Part shown: in pieces, positions 57,701 through 64,000 of the stretch
How positions within the stretch are numbered: position 1 is the first letter of the stretch
Layout of the letters: every line of letters begins with the position of its first letter
Origin: an uncultured Oscillospiraceae bacterium
Lineage (GTDB): Bacteria; Bacillota; Clostridia; Peptostreptococcales; Anaerovoracaceae
DNA length: 64,000 nt
Direction of reading: 5' to 3'
Assembly (NCBI GenBank): GCA_964507795.1
Contig: CAZDQV010000001.1
Coordinates: 578 to 64,577 of the forward strand
Program-made: the position numbers and the translations under genes
Notes under the pieces: model-generated
The model's database searches: none
The model's input: only the letters and a program-made list of their open reading frames with translations
Told to the model about the DNA's origin: nothing

Positions 57701-57814
57701 CAGGCTGATTACCTCAAATCCATCGACTGCACAGATATGCAGGGGTATTTTTTCAGCAGACCTATAACAGCAAACCAGATGGAATCCATATTAAAAAACA
57801 AAAAACAAAGCTAA
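54776..57814 (+). CDS. membrane Cache-type sensor + degenerate GGDEF + EAL c-di-GMP phosphodiesterase
   Basis: A TM segment, an extracytoplasmic domain with Cache-like SERDYFQKAISGE, then a second TM segment. The GGDEF-like domain has NSDYF in place of GGDEF. EAL motifs are EALVRW, EITES, DDFGSGYSSL and QGYFFSRP. Confidence 0.88.
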   Translation: MEKKHIRDNFILKDIIMMLLVLIASLVIIFAAYQDRLGVVSQQGVEEMLRESVGAQRVAMEERIDAGFQQLTVVGSELKKNLEELSDAELSERLNEITIDSLFDELAFCQSDGRLVYNDGIVADCSERDYFQKAISGEKNIELLSEENRSNRHIFVFAQPVYKNKKIIGVVVATRSLESITADLERQEFSKGQYEFLCYEDGEIITHVYGDMPDIDSDADLIGKNIDSFFRNGEEALGKSSFYTYEGEEYYGIYTSSGIDGVYIFSALPEGNISKLAGVTRKWSIVIVAIAFVLTVIVSSIMIWHLKKKIIIAQKKESDRKDKLEKYYSFQNKRFMGRHSSLLRTFYFNLTRNICSQESKGILDTGSEFENGMSISKVCEIICSRIHPNEKEKFLKIMSRDSLTDALKAGISTVKDNFLFDYRGFGYIWINVSADLVINPMTDELEAVLSASVINSEKRIEQIGKKLITEKFDTVALIDAATGYLHTVKDLEKFGTESAEEMKLSRVVYEKSICEKLQNMLSESFFNQIKEKVRLETVLNELENNKDYSVAIHVLNEKQKEVQHYQIRYSYLDEYRESIMIFTEDITDILESRFDIETGLYNTIGFYETVENWIKTNPDRKFRVIRYHIDGFININATYGYEEGNRLIRDIGEYMRTHSGKDSIAGHINSDYFIQFCFEECISPEEYYAQFLKHFEDYDLPYPVAFKIGVYDLCEPNCDIQIMSYKAHLAIQAIEGDFSKSIEYYRKGMMEATHEEHQMLTEVGDSIKNEQFEIWFQPQIDYSNGDIIGAEALVRWRHPKLGFLYPGEFIPILERSKQISVLDEYIWNKAGEYLGRWNDQGIGIPLSVNVSRMDINDPNLYDTLEGIVKKYNIPPCMFRLEITESAYMQQPENLAVAVRNLRNKGFVVEMDDFGSGYSSLNALKDLEIDVLKLDMKLVSEIGTGNRKNEDILKAVVQMAFALNMSVIAEGVETKVQADYLKSIDCTDMQGYFFSRPITANQMESILKNKKQS

Positions 57815-57827
57815 TAAACATAAGCAT

Positions 57828-57877
57828 AAACACAGAAGAGCATGCAATACAGGATTTGCATCTTTTCTGTGTTTTTG
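57828..57877 (+). terminator. intrinsic terminator
   Basis: AAACACAGAAGAG ... CTTTTCTGTGTTT with an inner ATGCAA/TTGCAT helix, followed by a T-tract. Confidence 0.7.
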
Positions 57878-57907
57878 TTGACAAATGAGGCAAAAGTGTG
57901 GTAAAAT
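57878..57907 (+). promoter_or_regulatory. promoter (TTGACA-18-TAAAAT with TGTG -16 element)
   Basis: TTGACA at 57878-83 and GTGTGG-TAAAAT ending at 57907. Confidence 0.6.
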
Positions 57908-57949
57908 CTTGTCAAAAGTTATTCTAACAAGATACGAGAGATTTTATTT

Positions 57950-58972
57950 ATGAAAAAATTGTTAAGTATAATTACATCATTTGCTTTGATGTTTTCATTA
58001 CCTGCGGCAGCATATGCAGATGTGCAGACCAAAGCTTCAACAGACAGCATTACACTCAGCTGGGAACAGGATGAGAAAGCTACAGGTTACTATGTGTATT
58101 CGAGTGACAAAAAATCCGATTACTACTCACTTGAAGACGTAGTCGTAGGCAGTGACAATACACAATATGTTTTTACAGGGCTGGACAGAGACAAAACATA
58201 CTGGTACAAGGTAAGAGCATACTATATCACAGACAATGATTTTATATTCGGAGAGTATTCAGATCCTGTTAATGAGCGTGTTAAGCTTGAAGCTCCTCAG
58301 GATGTTGGTGCAAAGGCTGTATCTGACAGCGCTATCAGAATTTCATGGGACAGGGTTGCAGATGCGGATGGATACAAAATATACAGATATAATTCTTCAA
58401 AAGAGAAATATACATGCATCAAGACAGTCGATGCAGATACGACTTCATACAAAAACACAGGACTTTTTGCTGAAACCAAAAAATCATACAAAGTTGCAGC
58501 ATATACCAAAGACGGAAGCAGAGTATATGTCGGTTACAAATCAGACAAAGCTTCTGCAACAACCGACAAAGCGGAAGGTGTGGATGCTCTTATGGACAAG
58601 GCCAGGTCAAAACTTGGATGTGCCTATGTTTCGGGAGCTGCAGGCCCAAGCAGCTTTGACTGCTCAGGATACGTACACTGGGTATTCAAAACATCCGGAG
58701 TATCGTCAGTGAAATTCTCAAGATCATCAGCACAGGGAATTTACAGCAGCATCAAAAAATATGACATAGGCAGTACTTCACTGTCAAAAGCACGCAAAGG
58801 TGATATATTGTTCTTTGGAAGCGGCAAATCTAACATATGGCACACATCCATATACTACGGGAACAGTAAGCATATCCATGCTTTTTCAACATGGGGCAGA
58901 GTTGCAATCAATCCGGTGAGTATGTCTACAACCAACAAAAAACTTGTGGCGATTGTAAGGCTGCCGATGTAA
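57950..58972 (+). CDS. secreted NlpC/P60 (C40) cell-wall hydrolase with two Fn3-like repeats
   Basis: Signal peptide ending AAAYA. Two repeats (SITLSWEQDEKATGYYVY ... YWYKVRAY and AIRISWDRVADADGYKIYRY ... KSYKVAAY). Catalytic Cys block PSSFDCSGYVHWVF and downstream His residues. Confidence 0.85.
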   Translation: MKKLLSIITSFALMFSLPAAAYADVQTKASTDSITLSWEQDEKATGYYVYSSDKKSDYYSLEDVVVGSDNTQYVFTGLDRDKTYWYKVRAYYITDNDFIFGEYSDPVNERVKLEAPQDVGAKAVSDSAIRISWDRVADADGYKIYRYNSSKEKYTCIKTVDADTTSYKNTGLFAETKKSYKVAAYTKDGSRVYVGYKSDKASATTDKAEGVDALMDKARSKLGCAYVSGAAGPSSFDCSGYVHWVFKTSGVSSVKFSRSSAQGIYSSIKKYDIGSTSLSKARKGDILFFGSGKSNIWHTSIYYGNSKHIHAFSTWGRVAINPVSMSTTNKKLVAIVRLPM

Positions 58973-59034
58973 TAGTGAGTTGACTGTAAAGGCAAATGAA
59001 AGAATGCGTAAGATATAAATAACGTGCATAAGGT

Positions 59035-59057
59035 AGGCGGCCGGTGGCCGCCTTTTG
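59035..59057 (+). terminator. intrinsic terminator (GC-rich)
   Basis: AGGCGGCC-ggt-GGCCGCCT followed by TTTG. Confidence 0.65.
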
Positions 59058-59078
59058 TAGTTGATTTGAATTATAATT

Positions 59079-59717
59079 TTACTCCGGTTTGTCAGGCTCA
59101 TCAAGGTCAGCAATCATCTTGACTTCGCTGACGGCGAGGGCGAGCTGGAGCTTGTTATTCAGACCTGTTTTCTGGAGCATATTTGTCACATGAAATTTGA
59201 CGGTGGACATTTCTATCCCCATCTCTTTTGCAATGCGGGTGTAGGACATACCACGCAGAATATAGCGGAGGACTTTCAGCTCTGTCCTTGTAAATTCAGT
59301 GCTTTTTGCGTTGCCGATTTCTACAGGTGGCGGTGCGTCAGGAAAAACGTGTTCGCCGGCCATCGTCTGTTGAACGACTTCCATCAGGCGTGTTTGGGAT
59401 GAATCCTTATACCAGAGGCTGTCTGCTCCGGCAGACTTGGCACCCTCAAGGACAGCACCATCAATCAGAGATGTTACGACAATAATCCTGATATCCGGAT
59501 TCAGCGATTTAATATCGCGGACTGCAGTAAGGCCGTTTTCTCTATGCTGTGTCTGCACATCCATCAAAACAAGGTCAACAGTACTTGCACGGCAAATCTC
59601 CACCGCTTGCTTGGCGCCGGGGATGGATGCGACAATCCGGTGTCCATCTTTCCTGGGGAAATAGCTTTCCAGCAAACTGCGAATCATAGGCTGATCCTCA
59701 ACTATCATAACTTTCAT
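59079..59717 (-). CDS. NarL/LuxR-family response regulator
   Basis: REC motifs (MIVEDQPMIR, LVLMDVQT, VVTS, WYKD) plus a LuxR HTH (TRTELKVLRYILRGMSYTRIAKEMGIEMSTVKFHVTNMLQK). RBS GAGGAGG. Confidence 0.9.
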   Translation of the reverse strand: MKVMIVEDQPMIRSLLESYFPRKDGHRIVASIPGAKQAVEICRASTVDLVLMDVQTQHRENGLTAVRDIKSLNPDIRIIVVTSLIDGAVLEGAKSAGADSLWYKDSSQTRLMEVVQQTMAGEHVFPDAPPPVEIGNAKSTEFTRTELKVLRYILRGMSYTRIAKEMGIEMSTVKFHVTNMLQKTGLNNKLQLALAVSEVKMIADLDEPDKPE

Positions 59718-60697
59718 TGTTTGATTTCCTCCTCTCTGGGCAGATTGAGAATAAGTTTGAAATCAGGCAGACTCTCAATCTTCATACTGCCGCCCGATTC
59801 TTCTACATGATGGCGAAGCATGGATAGGCCGCCGCCTTCCAGAATTTCTTTGACAGGCGGCGCACCGTTGTTGGTTAGAACGATTTCTTCGAATCCCGGC
59901 CTCCTATTAAAGGACATATACAGCTTTGTGCCGTCGGCATGCCGTACGCAGTTTGTACTGCACTCGATAATTGCAAGAGCAATCAGTGTCCGATTTTGAG
60001 GCAGTATTGGCAGAACCGGGATGTTTTCACATACAGTCTCCGGATTTCTATTTAACAGTACATTGACACCCATTTCGCGAGACTTGCTGATAGCTGCATC
60101 CAGAGGGTTTGTTTCTTCGCGCATCTGATTGGAACGATAGAGCACAGATATAGCCTGCTCCCAGATTTGAGCACTTGCCTGAATGTCTGCAATCTCCGGC
60201 TGCCTGAGGAGTGTGCGGCGTGCGGTAAGAATGCTGTGCCCGATATCGTCATGCACGCGAAGCTTCATTTCAAGAGTCTCTTCTTCTCTGATAATTTCAG
60301 GCATCTGCTCAAAAAGCTTCCTGAGCTGCTCGTTGACTTCTGCTAATTTTGCATTCTCTTCTTTTAGCTCTGCCTGCCTGCGTAATAGCTCCGTAACGTC
60401 AGTGGCAGTAATCTGGGTATACTCGGTACCCGCCTTCGTGAATATGTCTTCCCGTGCAAATCTGAGGGATTTGTTGTCAGGAAAACGATAGATTCCAAGT
60501 CGTAGGCTGAGGCAGGTGACATCCTCCGGCGGGTCTTTCAATGCAGATTCCATCTCTGTAAGCGTCTGTACGCCGTCGCTGCGCAGATGGTCCATCACCG
60601 CAAGCATCTTGTGATTTACGAGTCTGAGCACTCCGTTTGCATCAAAGAAGCAGACGGCAATCGGTAGGCTGTCAAAACTTTCTTTAATTCTATCCAT
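59714..60697 (-). CDS. soluble PAS-like + HisKA_3-type sensor histidine kinase
   Basis: No TM segment. The N-terminal PAS-like fold is followed by a coiled coil, H-box LRVHDDIGHSI, N-box ECSTNCVRHA and G-box GGGLSML. RBS AGGAGG. Overlaps the regulator gene. Confidence 0.85.
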   Translation of the reverse strand: MDRIKESFDSLPIAVCFFDANGVLRLVNHKMLAVMDHLRSDGVQTLTEMESALKDPPEDVTCLSLRLGIYRFPDNKSLRFAREDIFTKAGTEYTQITATDVTELLRRQAELKEENAKLAEVNEQLRKLFEQMPEIIREEETLEMKLRVHDDIGHSILTARRTLLRQPEIADIQASAQIWEQAISVLYRSNQMREETNPLDAAISKSREMGVNVLLNRNPETVCENIPVLPILPQNRTLIALAIIECSTNCVRHADGTKLYMSFNRRPGFEEIVLTNNGAPPVKEILEGGGLSMLRHHVEESGGSMKIESLPDFKLILNLPREEEIKQ

Positions 60698-60702
60698 CTG
60701 CG

Positions 60703-62436
60703 TTACCTCCTGCTTTTAGTGGATGCTTTTTCCTTGTGAATTTTATACGTGATGTATTGCAGGCCGTCTTCGTCCTGTGACCATTCTGCAGCAGGAAACT
60801 GAGCTTTTATTGCGGCTACCTTTGCCATAATCCAATCCAAAGAGCCTGGTGTGTTAGGGGATATGACAGCCGTTTCATACTCGCCTGTTTGGAAACAAAT
60901 ATTAACCTCAATGTGATTTTTAATATCACCACCAATCTCAATGGATATCAAAATAGACTCTAAGGTCTCAAGCTCCGCCTCCACGACAGCTTCAAACAGA
61001 TCATAAACCAGCGTTGCCTGCGATGCGGCAAGCGGCATGTCGCCTGTCACAAGCGCTTTGCATTCCACGCCATACAGATTCAGATTCTCCATTGACTCAT
61101 TGAGACAAAGTCTGAGCTCCTGCGTGGAAATCACGCCATGTTGCGTGCCAACGAAAATCAGATTGTTTCTCCGCTTTATATATGTACCGATGACGATTAC
61201 CTGTCCTAGAAGTTTTTTTGCTCTTTCCAGGTTATTTGTCTCCCGGATTTCTGTCAGCATGTCTTTTAGCATTGCAATCTGGCGAACAGTCTGGCTTTCC
61301 ACCAAATCATACAGACGATTTTCCTCGGACAGCCTGAGGAGTTTCTCACGCTGTGCATTATTTGCCGCGAGAATATTACCAGTGCCACGGAGTTCATCTT
61401 GCGTATACTCCAACTCCTCTTTTAATCTGTTCAGCTCTGAAATATCCTCCTCCCAGAATACCCAGCCATCGCTCAAATGATGCCGCTTCAGAAGTATATC
61501 ATTATCTAAATTGACAGTGTCCGCATCCATGTTTTGCAGCAAGTCTTTTGACAGAACATCCTGCATTGCGGCAGAAGACTGTTTCAGAACAAAATCCGTA
61601 TCGGTGATTTGAATCGGCAGGCTTGCCGCCTCAAAAAGCTCGACATATCCCATATTTGATTGAATGAGCCCGCACTGGATGCAGCCTTCAAACATGGCAG
61701 CAATCAGCAGGCAATGTGTGACGGTCATATCGCCTGCAAGCATCAGAACCCAGTGGACTTTGCAGATATATAACACTGTATATATGAAAGACAGAGCAAG
61801 GGGTGCAAGCAACAGAATGCGCACATGCCTGCTTCTGGGGATTCGGCATTTAATAAGCATCAGCGCAAAAGACCCCAGTGCACACAGGAATATCCACACA
61901 AGGATGATGTAATACCCGAGCTCGTGGTGATAGTCGATGGGCGATCTGACACTATTAGTAAAAGAGAAGACCATATGATGAAGGTCATTTGTCAGTACGA
62001 GCATAACCAGTATCGCAGACACCACATATATAAGCCTCGCCCAATGCAGCGGCTGGTAGTTTTCTGATTTGCCAAGCGGCATACTTACAAACAATGCAGC
62101 GACAGGGATGAAGAGCATCGGAATGTAATACAGATACCAGAGCCAGCACTTCATGTCCATGTCGTCAATGGAATAACTGATTGTTTTGAGTATCAGCCAA
62201 AGTACCATCAACCCTGCAATTGCCAGGAGATATCGCCGGATTTGAGTTTGAATGATGCGCTTTTGTGCGGAAAATCCCCATGCAAGCAGCAGAAAAATAT
62301 GAATCGCCTCGCGGACATGTCCGAAACCTGATGGAAGTAACCCGTTCATGGTGAGATACCTGATACTCATTGCGGTTACGATGAGAATCAGTGCAATTAA
62401 TGCCGATATTAATTTATTTCGTGTCGATTTACTCAT
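60703..62436 (-). CDS. multi-TM (about 8 helices) kinase-like sensor protein lacking phospho-His and ATP-binding motifs (pseudokinase candidate)
   Basis: About 290 aa of TM helices, then the same PAS-like / coiled-coil / DHp-like / CA-like order as the adjacent kinase. LYD lies opposite VHD, EAVVEAELET lies opposite the N-box, and there is no G-box (alignment by eye). Confidence 0.7.
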   Translation of the reverse strand: MSKSTRNKLISALIALILIVTAMSIRYLTMNGLLPSGFGHVREAIHIFLLLAWGFSAQKRIIQTQIRRYLLAIAGLMVLWLILKTISYSIDDMDMKCWLWYLYYIPMLFIPVAALFVSMPLGKSENYQPLHWARLIYVVSAILVMLVLTNDLHHMVFSFTNSVRSPIDYHHELGYYIILVWIFLCALGSFALMLIKCRIPRSRHVRILLLAPLALSFIYTVLYICKVHWVLMLAGDMTVTHCLLIAAMFEGCIQCGLIQSNMGYVELFEAASLPIQITDTDFVLKQSSAAMQDVLSKDLLQNMDADTVNLDNDILLKRHHLSDGWVFWEEDISELNRLKEELEYTQDELRGTGNILAANNAQREKLLRLSEENRLYDLVESQTVRQIAMLKDMLTEIRETNNLERAKKLLGQVIVIGTYIKRRNNLIFVGTQHGVISTQELRLCLNESMENLNLYGVECKALVTGDMPLAASQATLVYDLFEAVVEAELETLESILISIEIGGDIKNHIEVNICFQTGEYETAVISPNTPGSLDWIMAKVAAIKAQFPAAEWSQDEDGLQYITYKIHKEKASTKSRR

Positions 62437-62596
62437 AATCCCATCATACCATGCTATGAGTCAAATCACAATCTTGAGAAATCCGGCTTGAGAAAAAATT
62501 TTGACAAAACGATAAAAACCTATCCAATTGGTGGGGGCGCCAAACCCGGATTCGGGATATAATGTGTGCAAACAGGAAAGGTGGTGGCAAAGCATA

Positions 62597-62986
62597 ATGC
62601 GTAGAATTGTATTGGATATGCAGGGCGGTATATTTGCAGAAGCAATCAAAAATGCACTTGGCAACAGCAATTTTGATTTTGTGATATTCACCTCTACAAA
62701 GCCAGAAGAAACAGTTTCCATGTGCCGTACCTGCCACGCCAATGTGTTGGTGATGGAGGTTGCTCGAAAAGGAATTTGGAACCTGCGCGAGAGGCAAAAA
62801 ATTCTGAGCGAATTGCGGAGTAATGAAACAGTGCGGGATTGTAAAACCCTTTTGCTGGTAGATGAAATGGCAGATGAAATGCTTGCTGCTGATGTGCGTC
62901 AGGCGGTAAAGGATGAGGTGGCGGACAATTTCATTTATGCGTCAGTCTCGCCGACATATCTCGCAGGTGTAATCGACGCTCTTTAA
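62597..62986 (+). CDS. stand-alone receiver-like protein with Glu at the phospho-acceptor position (pseudo-receiver)
   Basis: Beta-alpha pattern RIVLDMQGG / FDFVIFTS / ANVLVMEVARKG / KTLLLVDE / DNFIYASVSP. MEV replaces the usual MDV/LDL, and no conserved Lys was recognised. ATG 62597 is preferred over the ORF-track 62528. Confidence 0.55.
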   Translation: MRRIVLDMQGGIFAEAIKNALGNSNFDFVIFTSTKPEETVSMCRTCHANVLVMEVARKGIWNLRERQKILSELRSNETVRDCKTLLLVDEMADEMLAADVRQAVKDEVADNFIYASVSPTYLAGVIDAL

Positions 62987-63032
62987 GAGGGTTGTTGATT
63001 TCGAAAAGTAAAACAATGAAAAGGAGAAGCTT

Positions 63033-64000
63033 ATGGGACTTATTAAAGCAGCATTAGGATCTGCGGGCGGCGTACTTGCAGATCAATGGAAAGAATATTT
63101 TTACTGTGAAGCAATTCCGGAGAACGTAATTGCAGTTAAGGGTGCACACCGTACTTCTGGACGCAGCAGCAACGACAGGGGCTCGGACAATATCATTTCA
63201 AACGGATCTGTAATCGCGGTTGCAGATGGACAGTGCATGATCATCGTAGATCAGGGCAGAGTTGCAGAGCTTTGTGCAGAGCCGGGTGAATTTGTTTACG
63301 ACAATTCAACAGAGCCTACAATCTTTTCAGGAGACCTCAAGCAGAGCATCATGGACTCATTCAGGAACATAGGTAAGCGTTTCACTTTTGGTGGTGAGCC
63401 ACCAAAGGATCAGCGCGTTTATTTCATCAATACAAAGGAACTCATCGGAAACAAATACGGCACACCAAGCCCGGTTCCGTTCAGAGTCGTAGACGAGCGT
63501 GCAGGTATTGACATCGACATCTCCATCCGTTGCTTTGGCGAATACAGCTACCGCATCACTGACCCGATTCTGTTTTATACGAACGTTTGCGGCAATGTGA
63601 ACGAAGACTTTACCAGGGATCGTCTTGACAGTCAACTGAAGACTGAGCTTCTGACAGCTTTGCAGCCGGCATTCGCAAGGATTTCCGAGATGGGTATCCG
63701 CTACTCAGCGCTTCCCGGCCATACGACAGAACTGTCTGAGGCACTCAATGATGTATTGTCTCAGAAATGGCGAGACCTGCGTGGACTTGAGATTGTTTCA
63801 TTTGGTGTTTCTTCAGTCAAGGCAAGCGACGAAGATGAGAAGATGATCAAGGAAATGCAGCGCAACGCAGCATTTATGGATCCTACCAGAGCAGCAGCAC
63901 AGCTTGTTGGTGCACAGGCAGCAGCAATGCAGTCCGCAGCAGCAAATGAAGGTGCAGGTGCAGCGATGGCATTCATGGGCATGAATATGGCTGGTCAGGC
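63033..64000 (+). CDS. SPFH-domain protein (YdjI / 'virion core protein'-like), 3' end outside window
   Basis: Not in the ORF track because it has no stop. My translation from ATG 63033 (RBS AAGGAGAAG) is open to the window end: MGLIKAALGSAGGVLADQWKEYFYCEAIPENVIAVKG ... PVPFRVVDERAGIDIDISIRCFGEYSYRITDPILFY ... then an Ala/Gln-rich tail. This N-terminus and core are typical of YdjI-type SPFH proteins. Confidence 0.75.
   Translation, partial: MGLIKAALGSAGGVLADQWKEYFYCEAIPENVIAVKGAHRTSGRSSNDRGSDNIISNGSVIAVADGQCMIIVDQGRVAELCAEPGEFVYDNSTEPTIFSGDLKQSIMDSFRNIGKRFTFGGEPPKDQRVYFINTKELIGNKYGTPSPVPFRVVDERAGIDIDISIRCFGEYSYRITDPILFYTNVCGNVNEDFTRDRLDSQLKTELLTALQPAFARISEMGIRYSALPGHTTELSEALNDVLSQKWRDLRGLEIVSFGVSSVKASDEDEKMIKEMQRNAAFMDPTRAAAQLVGAQAAAMQSAAANEGAGAAMAFMGMNMAGQ

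Noticed and set aside
42888-57907. The shared motif TTGACA ... TGTGGTA(A/C)AAT at three promoters (42888, 52949, 57878; also 30665) as evidence of a common regulon.
   Set aside because: The TGTG one base upstream of the -10 box is the well-known TRTG '-16' element of strong Gram-positive sigma-A promoters. Nothing beyond the generic promoter consensus is shared.
1-64000. CRISPR arrays, IS elements, rRNA genes and prophage blocks.
   Set aside because: None seen. The only short repeats are those listed above, and the only stable-RNA gene recognised is tRNA-Lys.

Overview
All calls below were made by eye from the sequence and the supplied ORF track, with no searches or computations, so family names rest on recognised motifs. 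The window looks like a chromosomal segment of a low-GC Firmicute (Clostridia, Lachnospiraceae-like), about 40-45% GC in sampled lines. Housekeeping genes include an aminotransferase with glnA, a T-box leader with valS-folC, glyA, ecfA1-ecfA2-ecfT-trmB, tRNA-Lys(CUU), aspartate kinase, rpsF-ssb-rpsR, proC, a Nudix hydrolase and xerD. These are interleaved with signalling and cell-surface genes. I saw no CRISPR array, IS element, rRNA or prophage. The most unusual loci are: (1) a GC-richer terminal block (about 59-64 kb). It encodes a roughly 8-TM kinase-like protein that appears to lack the phospho-His, the N-box Asn and the G-box. This is followed by a soluble PAS kinase with intact motifs and a NarL-type regulator. 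Transcribed divergently are an Asp-to-Glu pseudo-receiver and an SPFH (YdjI-like) gene. (2) A translationally coupled DUF3990 (PARP-like HGS / GxGFY signature) plus two small helical protein genes, wedged between glnA and the valS leader. (3) A phosphorelay of an orphan solute-binding lipoprotein, two hybrid kinases, an Hpt protein and a REC-HD-GYP regulator. (4) A ~2,070-aa sortase-type adhesin with a possible N-terminal thioester domain, preceded by a promoter-terminator-RBS leader. (5) A nested palindromic element (GTAAATTCC/GGAATTTAC half-sites). One copy sits at the breakpoint of an MBOAT gene relic and another lies upstream of rpsF. (6) A triplicated promoter-like unit with an invariant TTGCCCCGTT core. 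A decayed AgrC/LytTR locus, tandem saccharopine-dehydrogenase-like paralogues and an orphan decarboxylase beta subunit are also noted.
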